DNA of 64,000 nt. Origin: Neoechinorhynchus agilis. Lineage: Eukaryota; Animalia; Acanthocephala. The notes beneath the pieces were generated by a model. That model made no database searches. It was not told the DNA's origin and saw only the letters and a program-made list of their open reading frames with translations. Every line of letters begins with the position of its first letter. Position 1 is the first letter of the stretch. A program made the position numbers and the translations under genes. This document shows, one piece after another, positions 48,101-60,800 of the stretch. The stretch lies in NCBI GenBank assembly GCA_051530055.1, contig CM121342.1:9129480-9193479 (forward strand). The letters are read 5' to 3'.

Positions 48101-49055
48101 ACTTATTTACGGCAATCGGTGAATACCCTAGGTTCCCGTTTGCCATTCCCTGTGAAAATATCAATAGTCAGACGGTAATTCGATGCCTTACTTCAATCTT
48201 TTCACTGTGTGGTACTTCTGGATATGTCCATAGCGATCGAGGAGCGCCTTTCCTGAGCAGCGAAGTAAGTCAGTTCTTGAGGGCGAACGGAATAGCAAGC
48301 AGCCGCACTACTCCGTATCACCGTACAGGCAACGCTCAGATAGAGCGATTCAATGGCACGATTTGGAGATCTGTGAGCTTAACTATTTATTCACGCGGTT
48401 TGCGCATATCGGATTGGGAGGAGGTATTACCTCAAGCCTTGCACGCCGCTCGGTCTCTAATCGTACGAACAACCAACTTTACTCTCCACGACCGATTTTT
48501 CAGCTTTGCGAGGCGATCGTCTTATGGCTCGTCACTTCCGTCCTGGTTATTGTCTCCAGGTCGAGTATTATTACGCAATTTCGTGAAGTTGAATTAATAG
48601 AAGCGAATTCAACACATACAAGAATACGATATGAAGATGGTACGGAAAGTTAAGTTTCGACCAAGGACCTTGCCAAATTTCCAGCACTCGATAGCACTAA
48701 CGATAATTTCATCGAGTGCCCAGACGAAAACAGTCGAATACCGGGTTCCGGTGATCCAAACGATTGCGAAACGAAGGTCCCACTAGAAGACAAAAAAACT
48801 GTACCACTGATTGCCGTACTGAGATATTCCCGAGTCAAGCTTCTACGAGTGCCCCGGAACTCCGCAGATCTATACGAATACGACGAAGACCAGAACGATA
48901 TCGGTGAAAACTATAAGAGAGCGAGAATGACGTAATAATTATACGCGACTAATTCTTCGTCGCCATAATTCAGCCGCTTACTAATCCGCACGCACGTACG
49001 CATTCACGCATACCGTTATTTTTCAAGTTGAATAAAACTGTTTGTGTCCACCACA
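45182..49055 (+). mobile_element. Structurally complete gypsy LTR retrotransposon (gag, PR, RT, RH, INT), inactivated by a few lesions
   Basis: 128-bp TG..CA LTRs at 45182-45309 and 48928-49055 (1 mismatch seen); CCGTC TSD; purine tract before the 3' LTR; IDTGSS, YLDD, SIDFKGP/HSDRG/QIERFN; gag frameshift at about 45764 and TGA at 47707. Confidence 0.96.
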
Positions 49056-49059
49056 CCGT

Positions 49060-49490
49060 CAAAGTTGTCTTTTCTGTTACTTTGAAATTGTTCCTTAACC
49101 TCTACGGTGCGATGCCAGTGAATAAGGGTACGGTGCTGTGCTCCTGCAACAGTACGAAAACGAGTGGAAACCATTGGCATACGCATCAAGAACCTTATCA
49201 AGAGCTGAACAGAATTATGCAACGATTGACAAGGAAGCAGCTGCGATTTTATTTGATGTGAAGAAATTTCACCATATCATATTTAGAAAGAGATTCCTTT
49301 TAAGGACCGATCATAAACCTCTGATTCACATTTTTGGCACGGGAAGAGAACTGAGCAGGATATTAAGCAATCCGCTACGAAGATGGGCCATTGCCATGAT
49401 GCAATACGACTATGAGATCGAGTTCTTCAGGGGAAACGAAAATGTGATTGTCGAGAATGCCGGAACCGCTAGATGGAACGCGAGCCAATA
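49060..49490 (+). mobile_element. RNase H fragment of a different gypsy element
   Basis: KPLAYASRTLSRAEQNYATIDKEAAAI..TDHKPL..RRWAI. Confidence 0.85.
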
Positions 49491-49831
49491 ATGTTACGTT
49501 TGGTGTATAGAGTTGACGGCTACGATGCGAATCATAAAATAACGGATACTATCGATTGGGACCGGAAAATAGAGAATTTCGAGATGGATCCTTCCTCCCG
49601 TACCACACCGAGCGAATGGGCAACGTAATTCCGCTCAAGAATTCGTACGTTATGAGCTTAAGAAACACAATAAAAGCAGCGCGACTTTCAAATTCAACAA
49701 CAGCGATAAACAGTCCGCACATCACGCGCGTTTAATAAGCAAACAACAGCATCGCGACTTATCCAACAACTGCGATAAAGAGTTCGCACGTTACGCTCGC
49801 AAACACTGACGACGAAGTGCCGTAATGCCAG

Positions 49832-50413
49832 CTATAAAGATATATCGGCTGAAGTGAAACGGTTTGACGAAACGGGCAACGAATATACTTTAAAGCGTAT
49901 TAAATGAAGCAACTCTGCTAAGGAATCAACCCACGAACGCTTCCGGAATAAAGTGTTAGCAGACACGAGGTCATGTCGCTCCAGCGCCTCGACCAAGTAC
50001 CGGCTGTTCCGATTCTCGCCTTTCAACACATATAGCGATCTTTCGGAATGCAGTAAAATCGCATTGGAGTCACCGGCTATTAGGAGGGTGTCTCTTTTCG
50101 GTACATCATCTAATGCTCCGGCTAGATTTCGATAAAATCCTTCAACCGCCTCTTCATCCGACGAGGAGGTCGGTGAATGTACGACAAAAGCACTGAGATT
50201 TTTCAAGCGAAGCTTTATGCTGACACGAAGAGCAAAAAATTTTAAGCAAAATAGGAAGGACGGCAGAAAGATAAAAGTGAGCAAGGTGTTTAGGGGATAC
50301 GCCGATACGCCGGAGGAGTTCGAGCAGGTAAAGACGAGGGTCGAATTTCCACCCTCCGCAATGTAACTGCTAGGCGCTAATTTAAAAGGTTCTGCGCCTA
50401 TATCCGAGGACAT
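49832..50413 (-). mobile_element. RTE-type AP endonuclease fragment
   Basis: HSPTSSSDEEAVEGFY..LLIAGDSNA..LVSANTLFRKR. Confidence 0.8.
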
Positions 50414-50799
50414 TGCGTACGCCAGTAATGTACAAAATTATCAAAACGCATAAGAAATGGACTGCCGCCGTTCCTAATAATAACCGAAAGGGTCTCAAGT
50501 TCGGTTGAGTCCTCGAGCTTTGGTGTTTCCTTTTTAGAGCATTTTAATGTGTAGAAATCGTTAAACTCGTGCCCTTCCGCAATTATTGTGTAGGGGCAAC
50601 TGGATCATTGTTGAGGTGCAAGACGATCATCTCTACGGTGAGCGGCTCTGGGTATCGGGTCCTAAAGCTGTTAGCTATGACCCTAAGCCAACTCCTAAAA
50701 ACGACAAGGACATACAAAATGCAGAGGGACTGATTTAATACTTGCATTTCCGGAGAGAGAATTTCAATAACTGCCGACTAATGCCTTTTTATTTTGACA

Positions 50800-51000
50800 C
50801 CTTGATGACAACCGAAAAGATATACCGAGGAAACAATATCTCATGCAATATAACCAATCGATATGGAAAGGTACAATAGTCACAAACGTTTGAAGTTATT
50901 TTGTGTGATAAGTGCGCAATGGCACACAACAAATCCCTTCAGGCGCTTGATTCGACGTTGAAGGACCAAAGTTCATACAAAACGTCCTTTTGCCGATTGT
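50800..51000 (+). mobile_element. PIF1/Helitron helicase fragment
   Basis: VILCDKCAMAHNKSLQALDSTLKD resembles the IIWDE.TM.HK.SLEALD.TL motif. Confidence 0.55.
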
Positions 51001-51924
51001 TCGATTCGCCCGGTCGTTAACTCGATAAAAAAATTTAATTTTAAGCACTAAAATGAAACAAGTAAACATTCCGGGAATTAATTTTTTCGCATCGCTCAAA
51101 ATGATCATTTCTATAGTATGAGTCTCAATCTTCTGCATCAAGAGAAGGACCCTCCAAATTCACAAACATTATTCAGGGTCCGAGATTTTAAATGTCTGAA
51201 ACACGAATTAAAAGACGTTCTTAGTGCAAAATCGGAATGCAGAGCAGGTGGTGAAGAACGATGAGAAATCCACCGCAAGAGGTTTTGAGAACTTTGCTTA
51301 CCGGTTGTCATGGAGACAGACATTTTCGTTCGGACCACAATGCTATGATGATCGGTGTTTTTATTCAATTGAAGAAGCAACGAAAGAGGTAAAATAAAAG
51401 ATGGATCAATGAGATTTTGTAAATCACGTACAAAAATGCCCTTTGGTTGGAATGCCATAAAAGCGATGGATAAGATCAAATCAATAAAATGGTGAACAGA
51501 ATGAGAAGGAATATATTAATTGCTTCTTTTATTTTTGAGTTTGACTGTTTTCACATAAAGTTCTAGCGATTCTCGCTGCTTTGAACGGCACGAAAAAATG
51601 TTGTCCGTCGAGTCTTGCGAAATCAGGCCACCATTTACACGTAAACAACCTTTTCTGCATTTTATCTTTTATTCTTAAACGCCCTCTGAGCTACCAAAAG
51701 CAGCATCGATCGTCATCGGGCTTCGACCTTCAGTCGATACTTACTGTCAGCAGAGGAAAATACAAGAAAGCTTTGTATCCACCGAAAGGGTTCCCTTCTT
51801 TTTAACATCTCATTCCTTCCCTGCATAAAAACCTCCTCATCTGAAACGTCGATGTCGCTTCTACGTCTCTCTTTCGATGAAAGCGATTCTGAAATCTGTT
51901 TGAAGATTGAACTGTCCATATTGT

Positions 51925-52050
51925 TTGTTTTATGGCGACGAAATTAAAATTACTTTCAATTTGATGTAGAAACAATTTACAGCATTGATAAAGGAAAAAA
52001 GATTGTGCCGATATATCGGATTTTAAAATAAATTCATTTTAATTTCTTTT
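51925..52050. mobile_element. Tiny MITE-like element of the GGCG..GAAATTAAAATG TIR family
   Basis: Plus-strand TIR copy at about 51930 and minus-strand copy at about 52001-52046. Confidence 0.55.
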
Positions 52051-52310
52051 CCATTAAACAAATATTCTTAAAATCTAAGAAATCCGCCAGTAGAATTGCC
52101 GGATAATCTTCTTAATTGTGAATATTTGCATAAACAACATTTTTGTTTGCTGGTTTCAGATCTTTGATCGAAAACTTCCAATATCTTATTTATTAATTAA
52201 GAATAGGTCAAAACATTTTACTTGATGTCCGACCCTTCCACGACCGTTTGGCCTTGAATTAACAAAATCAAAAACTTGCTGAGTTTGACATTTCGTAGTT
52301 GCGTCGAGGT

Positions 52311-52530
52311 GGTCAAGTGGGCCAATGCCCTTGATCGCAGTTAGGGTTCAACTGGTTCGAATCCGTTACCGCCAATGATGCACAACCAAAGGAAACGAAA
52401 TATCGCTGAAGAGAGGAAACTCACGGATGAGTCCCGCCCCTTGGAGGTATCTGAGAATCCGGGGCAATGTTCAAACTCCTTACCGTACACATCAGAGTCT
52501 AAGTATTTCAATCACTTCTCTGATGCAGGA
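52311..52530 (+). mobile_element. tRNA-derived SINE with a full head (A and B boxes) and a mutated hammerhead-like core
   Basis: TGGTCAAGTGG (A box), GGTTCGAATCC (B box), CGCCA, then a tail shared with 42955-43140. Confidence 0.7.
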
Positions 52531-52559
52531 GGTCGGCGGGCCGTGTGCCCAATGAAAAT

Positions 52560-53715
52560 TATCAGCAGCGGAAAAAAGGCCACACATAGACACTTAATAA
52601 AAATTATTTGTATGAAACGTCTTTCTTACAATGCATAAATTGTTCGTGTACCAATTGTTTTTGGTTGACCACTATAAAAAAGATACGATATGCAGAGAAG
52701 GGTGCGCCAGAATTCATATTTATGGGCCCAAGAAAGCTAGATTTGATGATGGTTTCTTTTAGGGGTTTCTTGGCCAAGGAAGAGCATTGGGCCAAGAATT
52801 GTTTAGCAGCTTGACATGATCTGGCGAAAGCAGGGTGAGGAAAAATGCAATTGGTGCATTTGACTTTTTTGGGGTCCGGACATTTATCCTTGCAGTGGTC
52901 TCCAGCGTAGAAAATACACCTATGAGTGATTTTTCATCCATGAGCCTGATGACCCCAGTGGGAGCAGTTCTGGCAAATAGTGAGATTGAAATCGTAGATC
53001 GAATCCCTATAATTGGTGAAGGATACCAAATGCGAGAACACATTTTTTTTGGAACCACATAAGCAATCAGCTACATCAATTGGGGCGGGGGGAGCTACTG
53101 TTTTTGCGGAATAGGTATTTTATGAGTTTGATTTTGAGATCGCTCTCAACAATTTTTTGTTCTTCAATCGGGAGATCAAGAGGAGGACCTTTCTGGAAAG
53201 ATCATCATGTTTTATTTTCATATCTGTAACCATATCTGAGAATATGGATTTTCCCTTGTTGTCGACAAAGGCAAAGAGAAAGCTGAACTTGTTGTCGAAA
53301 ATTCTTTTGAAACTATAAGTGGGAAGGTTACTTTGGTGTGATGAGAGAGTATGTTTGTTGTATTTTTCCAAAATATTGTATTTGGAGTGGAAGCCCATAT
53401 TTTCTTTGTGAATGCGAAGGATATAATCCTCCTTTTTGAGGGGAAGTTTGGTTATGGGAACTTGGATGGACGAATCAGAGGGAAGGAGAGGGCAGGGAGT
53501 GAAGACACAAATACCTCATCAGTCCGAAAACCTCCGCCTTCATCTCGAAGTGGAGGATGATCAACGGCGTCCATCCGAGAGTCCGACAAGACTGAGCGAT
53601 CACTTAGATCTTTAAAAACTAGCTGAGCGCAATCAATTCCTCGATCTTTAGACTCGTTTGTCGGTGCGCAGTTTTTAACCAAAAAAATTGCGCGACGACA
53701 TATTTTTCCCCTCAT
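52560..53715 (-). mobile_element. I/Jockey-like LINE ORF1 relic
   Basis: ICQNCSHWGH..AGDHCKDKC..KCTNCIFPHPAFARSC (three knuckles). Confidence 0.7.
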
Positions 53716-53875
53716 TTGCAGTTTATGATTCGCGTCTTTAAATTTTTTCGATGGCGCTTTATATTGAAATTACGATATGAACCGAAATTATGGTTTTCAA
53801 TCGCATTGTAGAAACAAAAGCTCTGTATCAATTTATTTAAAAAGAAATAGCGAATTTATAGAATTCGCGGGAATT

Positions 53876-54172
53876 TTACTGTTGCCATTGGTCCTCGTCT
53901 TCACCTGAGGTATTGTCTTCTTGTAGCTCATTGAAATGACTTCTAATTCGTTGATAAAATTCTCCAAGAGCTCCTGGAATGTATTCATCATCAGGGGCCC
54001 CACTTATAACTGCAGAAATGATTTCATCGATAACAGCTATGTGATTAGCTACTTCCATTTGTTCTGTTGTATTGTCCGGTTCATTATCCTCGTTAAAAGT
54101 GAAATCCTCCTCATCAGAAGATTCGCTGGGCCATTCATTGTTTGGTTGCTTTGGAATTGCTCTATCGCGCAT
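53876..54172 (-). CDS. Diverged 98-aa cassette A copy (copy 8)
   Basis: Same length, about 9 aa changes, upstream CCAATCAG retained (about 54385). Confidence 0.6.
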   Translation of the reverse strand: MRDRAIPKQPNNEWPSESSDEEDFTFNEDNEPDNTTEQMEVANHIAVIDEIISAVISGAPDDEYIPGALGEFYQRIRSHFNELQEDNTSGEDEDQWQQ

Positions 54173-54732
54173 CGTAGAATTGTTGAAAATGGGTTTTTTT
54201 GTTTTGTTGGCTGCTGTTGAAAGATTGAAAGTTGTATACTTCGTGATTAGTTTTATATACACACGAAATAGAGGGCCCACTGATTCTTGATATATAAATT
54301 ATCTACAGATCATTGAAAGATCGGCGGTCATTTGACCTGTTGTTTTTATTTTTAATTTCATATCCTGTTTTCTCAGGGGAACCAATCAGCGTGCACCGTT
54401 TGATGATATGTACGGGAACGGAGATTAAATTTGCTTCTTTATCAAATCATTAGCGCTTGTGACCGTAATCATGGCTGAAATTTAGAATTACAGGAGGAAT
54501 AATTCATTGACACTCAAATCAGTCGCTTGTTGGGCGCGTTTCTTCGAAGCTCGCAGGTGTAGATGTCAGAGGAGCAGTTCTTTTTTTATCATCAATGGAC
54601 AGTCTCGCCAAAGATAACGAAGAAACTTTACGAACTCTTCGTTTCTAACATCCCAGTGGCGGCGGTCGGCAATTTTTCGTTAAATCCTCCTAGTTCGATA
54701 CGGTCCCTTATGTTTTATCATCGAAATCAGAA

Positions 54733-56400
54733 TTGAAGATGGCAGTCTCTTCTTGTGCTAGCAGATCAGCTCACGAGCTTGACGGTTTGGGGCCCCAACA
54801 CCCAAAGGATATGACTTCCCTTTCGGTAGGTGATGCTGCCCAGTCGCTTGAAGATGCATTGGCACTCCTAGTCTACCAATTTGCAAGGGAAGAGTTGATT
54901 CCGAAAGCAATTGAGTTATTTTTCGGGGCATCTTTGTGTGCCCTCGCGCGAAAAGAAGGTGATATTCGTCCCATTGCAATTGGAACAACTGTGCGCCGCT
55001 TAACAGCAAAAAAATAAAAAAAAGGATCGCGGAAAAAGTAGGGATGCTGCTTCGCGCTACTCAGTTGGGCTGCTGTTCACCTTGTGGCGCAGAGGCGATT
55101 GTTTATTCACTGCGCACGTTCATCACCGGAAGCTCATAGCCGTGCGTGATCTTGAAATGTGATTTCGAAAATGCATTCAACACAGTTCACCGAGCAGATT
55201 TGCTCGAAGTAGTTAGAGATCACGCACCAGAAGCATTTCGCTATTTCGTTAATGCCTATGGGATTCCGACACCCTTGTTCTTCAATAACCAGGTTTTGTG
55301 CTCAGAAAGAGGAGTTCAATAATTGGATCCTTTGGGCCCTAGGCCTTCTCACTCACAGTCAATCTCGTCGCGCACTCTCTCCAGTCCAGCCTTAACGGCT
55401 GGTACCTGGACGATGTCACGCTCGGAGGTAACCTTTCTGTTGTACTGCGCGATTTGGAGACACTCGTGAAGTCGAGGGCGAAAATTGGCATTGAATGCTG
55501 CGAAATGCGAGATTTTAGTGATGAACGTGGAAGATAAAGCGTCCAGATAAACTATCGTGAAACATTTTCAAAATCTGACTCCCGGGATAGAATTAACCAC
55601 TCTAGACAGCTTGAGTCATCTCGGAAGCTGCATTTTTGGTTCTAATGTTGAAGCATAGATTGCCAATGTTCAAGTGCAAATTTCGGTGCTGTGCGAACGA
55701 GTTGATGGTTCCTGATTATGAGCACCCTCTTCACCTTAAAACTGCTGTATAAGCTGCGCACAGCACCTTTTTAGACATAAGGATAAGCTGGCAAAATTAG
55801 ATTGCCTGGGTCTTCCGGCGGTTTAGGTATCCGAAAAGCAACCGATATTTCTCTGCCAGCTTATTTTGGATCGGTGAAGCAAGTCGTAAAATAGTTAAAT
55901 CCGTTCTTGGCGAAAATTACACTTTGGATGAAGATTTCGTTGAGGCGCTTAATGTTTGGTATGGAGATTCAGGCATCGAGCAGGTACCCGTCAATCGTTG
56001 CAAACAATCAGTTTTGGACACCCCTGGTAACGAGAATTCATAACTCTTTAATTTCAGATTCTCGTGACCTGGTGAACCGAAATCCATTGGCGGCAGTCTC
56101 CACAAGAGAAACGGGTGCTTTGCTCAACGCTAACCTAATCGCTTTTGTAGGTACCCCTCTCTTTGACGAGACCGTAAGAGTTCCAGTGCCCCTGAGACTT
56201 GGGGTACCGATGTGCACATCCCATCGCTGCCGTTGCGGAGCGACCGTGGAACCATCGGTACGCCATGGTCTCGTCTGTCGGCAATCTGGCGGAAGGTACT
56301 TTCGACACGCCGAAGTGAACGCAATTCTTAGCCGTGCCCCGAATACTGTGAATGCGCCCAACATCTTAGAGCCGAGCAATCTTTGACGACTCAATGGCCG
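54733..56400 (+). mobile_element. Degraded CRE-like copy
   Basis: GDIRPIAIG, DFENAFN, WYLDD, RHAEVNAIL; many lesions. Confidence 0.9.
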
Positions 56401-56462
56401 TCATAAATGCAAAGTAGGGCATCGGTTGCAGAAAATCTATTGACGTCCAGAAAGATGCTAGA

Positions 56463-58894
56463 TGGATATTCGGAAAAAGTCAAGACGCAAACTGTTTTTT
56501 GCTGATTTACCAGCATGAACTATATGAAATCCCGATTGACTGATTTGGATTACGTGATGTATGCAATCCAACATGTCAATAGTGAGTCGAGCCCAGAATA
56601 GCACAAGAAATTTGGGATGCTAAAATAGGCACAAATTCAAAAGGCGTAAGACGGAATGGATACGATTCTCGAGCTTGTTGAAGAATACGATTTAACTACG
56701 ATTATTCGCAGTAGGAAGTTCGGAGACAAACAATGAAGTGGCAATCACTGTTGAGGATGCGGATCGCAAATTTCGGACCATCTTCCACGAGTGCAATATC
56801 TACAAATATACTAGTGAAGGCTTGTTCAAAACAATGATTGGTTATTTATTGGTAGACAACATAGAAATGATCTTTAAATTGTACAGTCGAACATTTAAGC
56901 AACTGTTGCTGACCTAAAGTTGAGTACTTTACAAATGGTCAACAATCGTTACACTACGTTGAAACCAGTTCTTATGTTAGCTTTTTAATTCCTTCAACGG
57001 CTAAAATCGCTGCATTAGAAATTTCCTGTGCACCGTGACATAAAACCGGAGAATTTCGTTAGTGGATGTCGATTAAATTCGCAACAAATAATCCATTTGA
57101 TTGATTTCGGTCTTGTTCGTGAGTATATTGATGTGAATTAGCACTTTCGGCGATCAGAGAAACTTTGTTTTACATCAGAGAAGTGATGCAACCACTTAAA
57201 CTCGGATGAAACGTTAAGAGTTCGTACATCTCTCCGGATCCTCAGATACCTCCAGGAGGCGGGACTCATCAGTGAGTTTCCTCCCTTCAGCGGTATTTCG
57301 TCCCCTTTGGTTGTGCGTCATTGGCGATCGTGGATTCGAACCCTTTGACCCTGAAACAGGGATATGGGGCAGGAAATAATCGACTTCTTTTCCGAGGCAT
57401 CTCAGCGTTTCCAATACAGAAAAGTGGAAGAAATTTAGATAAATATTAAAATCGAAGTTTTATGCATGAATCCTCCAGGTATGTATTCTAGAATTCAATT
57501 TCTCAGTACGACTCTTAGCAAACGACTTTATTTCTTTATTTTAATATGAATAATTCAGGATCTTCAAATAGAAAAAAGATTTTATTGTGATTGAGGATGA
57601 AACTTTAACAACGTCACTGATTAAGCTCAAGAAGAGATGAGTGATTGTCAACTGGAAGCATTTTAACACGTTTCGAGACACAACAACCGATTTGGTGATG
57701 CGCAATAGCAGTGACGACATTTTCTTGTGACGTCATTGGTTACTAAAATGAGCTTTCTTCCGGAGATTTTGATTACGTGAACACGGCCGATTGGAAGATG
57801 TATTTGCTAAATTCTTTTTTAGGAAATTGCTGGATAATGAGTGCTCCCGTGGATAAAATTGTTATGCAGTTGGTTGAAAATGAGATTGATAACGAAATTG
57901 AACGAATGAAAAACCTTGACGATAACGAGCTCGGTATTATTCGTCAACAAAGAATAAATGAATTAAAAAGACGTCAGGCGGATAGAGAAAAATGGTTAGA
58001 ACAAGGACGCGGGAAGTTATGTGTTCTTGAACGAGAACACGATTTCTTTGAACACTGTAAACAAAACAGCCGGTCCGTGTGCTTCTTTTGGACAGATCAG
58101 AATCCTACAACAAGTGATATGATTTTGACGAAGATGGCTAAAATAGCAAAAGACCACCCAGAAACAAAGTTCCTTCGGGCAGATCTGCTCAAATTCCCAT
58201 TCTTATCGAAGAAATTGCTCATGGACGATTGTGCTTGCATAGTTGCGATCCTAAATACAAGGATAATAGGCCCTATGAAATGTGAGTTTCGCTCGATCGA
58301 GCATACACGAATTTTTATAGAAAATTTGGTGACTCGATTAGAAGACCATAATCTTATTGATTCCAATGCCGAAGATGCTGAGAGAAGGGCCATTTTGATG
58401 AATTTAAGAAAAGGACGTGGTATATCGACGAAACCAATAAGAGACATGGGTGTAACCTTTACTTCAAATCTTTCCAGCGACGAGGATGACACTGAACAAA
58501 GGTCCGTTAATACTGAAAATGATCGTTTACGTTAATCTCGGATTTGAGTTTATTTTTGAGCAACACCGTCAGCGCATTAAATCCCGCATTTGCGAATGAT
58601 GTCCGATTTTTTGAACGCACTTTTCGCAAAAAAATCGTTTGTGGTTTCTTTATTTTGATATTCTCATTGCCTTCATCCTATGATGACTTTGTTTAGGAGG
58701 TAAAAAGTGTTGGAATTGTGCTGTAAAAATGAACGTTTAATTGAAGTAACTCTGCGGCTTGCAGACTATTGCATTTTAGACAATGTTTATTGTCAAATAG
58801 CTTTCGAGGGACCAAGATGGCACCATATTTGTGGATATAACACTCACATGACCATTTTGAGAAATTAATCACTCAATGTTTATAGTTTTTGTCA
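56463..58894. repeat. 2432-bp inverted, near-identical duplicate of 41416-43847 (CK1 pseudogene, SINE, TXNDC9)
   Basis: Paired coordinates sum to 100310 at both ends and at the ORFs, so there is no net indel; only scattered substitutions. Confidence 0.97.
57837..58535 (+). CDS. TXNDC9: PhLP3/TXNDC9 family, copy 2
   Basis: Protein identical to copy 1. Confidence 0.8.
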   Translation: MSAPVDKIVMQLVENEIDNEIERMKNLDDNELGIIRQQRINELKRRQADREKWLEQGRGKLCVLEREHDFFEHCKQNSRSVCFFWTDQNPTTSDMILTKMAKIAKDHPETKFLRADLLKFPFLSKKLLMDDCACIVAILNTRIIGPMKCEFRSIEHTRIFIENLVTRLEDHNLIDSNAEDAERRAILMNLRKGRGISTKPIRDMGVTFTSNLSSDEDDTEQRSVNTENDRLR

Positions 58895-59049
58895 GTATTT
58901 TGTCTTTATGCGGCCCTCAGCGGCGGTTGTTGCTCCCCTTTCGGTTTAAAAGTTGCGAATTTTATGTTGTTTGAAGATTGAATTGTTCATATAGGTTTTT
59001 TTCTGGCGTAGAAATTAAAATTATTTTATTTTTTAAATCCGATATTTGG

Positions 59050-60800
59050 GTACACTCTTGGGCCTTTATCAAGGTCTAAAAATTACGTGTGGAATGGATC
59101 AATATTCGCTGTCCTAAGATTGAGTCTAAAGTCCGCGATGAATAGGGCCTCCAAAATTACACGGTATCATTTTGTTTCACTGCGTGCCAAAATGGTAGCG
59201 TTGCCAATGTCCATTAAGTGGCCCTGTTGTGCGAAATAGTTGAGTATTGCGGAACTGGCATCGGTACCTCTCCTATGAGCGCATATTTGTGTTCTTTAAT
59301 TCTTCTTTGTAAATTGTTGGTTTGACCCACATATGAGTTTTCACATTCGGTGCATGGAATTTTGTACACCACTCCTTTGCATTGATGTTCTTCACGTTTC
59401 TTCGCCATGGAACTTAATTAGTTTACTTCTCTTAGTGTAGATACAACACTGGACATCTTTTGATACGCCTCCTTTGATCAGGCTGCTAATTGTAGTGAAG
59501 AACTCGTCGACGAATGGTGCTTCTATTAAGGCTTTTTGTTTTGAATCCTGATACATAATTTTCTTTGCAGATTGGAAAGCACTTTCCTTTTAATATGCTC
59601 CACAGAAATTCAAGTTCCGCGCTAAGTGAATCTTAGATTGAGTAATAGTTATGGGCCCGGTCAAATAGCGAGTTAATCCTCGCTATCTTGTATTTAATTC
59701 GTGCCATTGCAATGAAAGGTGAAATGTCAGTCGGTATACCAATCTTGCCGTTTAAAAGATAATTCATTGTTATTTGTTGATAGGAGAGATAAATGAAATT
59801 AATATTTTATTGGATATTTCGATCCACTATCTCGGATCTTCTTCAGCGATTGTTTGCAAGTTTTTTTTAACTGAATGAAATATTAATTTCATTTATCTCT
59901 CCTATCAACAAATAATCTTGCTGTATACACTAGTCTCTAACTCAGCTCCTTTTCGCGTTATCGAAACGTCCTAAAAGAGATCGCATTATGATTTTCCGAG
60001 TCTACTGTCAATTGGATGTTGCTGTGCTTGGAATTCAGCATGTGAGCCAACGTTTCCGGTTCTGCGGTTTCATGAACTAAGATAAAAGTGTCATCTACGT
60101 ATCTCTGCCAGAATTTCACACCCGGTAGACCTGAAACTTTCTTAGCCTCGCAATCGCGCATGAACAATTCGGCTTGAACTGGGACAAGTGGACTGCCCAT
60201 GGACAGTCCATCTACTTGATCATAGCTCTTTCCTTCGAATTTAAAATTCGTGGTCCTTAAGAGTTACATCTTCGGTGTAAGTCCGTTGATGGGACGGTGT
60301 TTTTGGTATATTTAGTCATCAATCCTTCTATGCTTCTTTAGTGTAAGTAGATATTGGTTGAACATATTTTCTCGTTGTAATCTTTCAGCGGTTGCAAACA
60401 AATAAGCTTCGTAGAATCTAAAGACAAAATCAAGCCGAAGCTGGCAGCTTATGAAACCTTTTGTATGTCACCTTCAATCCCCTGGAAACAGGTAAATCAC
60501 CGGGCCTATGGAACTCTGGACCCGATAGGATATGCACAGCCAATCTATGGTAATGTTCTTCATCTACAATACAGAATCCTCTGCCTTTGCCCAACTTGAT
60601 GATACGTATCTCCTTAATTCGGTTAAAGTTATTCATCGCTAGGATCAGTCGTTAGGGCAAGTTAGTACGTTTAATTCTGTTTCCTTTATGTAGCAATTTT
60701 CAATAATGGAATTGTAATTCCAGCAAATTCGGAGTTAGATATCATCTTCTCAATTTCAAGGGTTAATCACATGTTATTGAGTTTGCCAAAAGGAATGAAG
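59050..60800 (-). mobile_element. Penelope-like relic (RT plus GIY-YIG) enclosed by a TIR pair
   Basis: MGSPL..YVDDTF, GVVYKIPCTECENSYVGQT..RIKEH, ILEALFI. Confidence 0.9.
59770..59915 (-). ncRNA. Hammerhead core inside a perfect 38-bp inverted repeat
   Basis: Arms at 59770-59807 and 59878-59915; the loop contains CTGAAGA-A-GATCC-GAGATAGT-GGATC-GAAA-TA-TC. Confidence 0.6.

Noticed and set aside
52311-52374. Functional tRNA gene
   Set aside because: Acceptor and T stems are mismatched and it is fused to a repeated tail, so it is a SINE head.
58900-58950. Hammerhead-like fragments (CCGAAAGG..GCTGAGGG) at the duplication edge
   Set aside because: Neither core half is intact and no consistent helices form.
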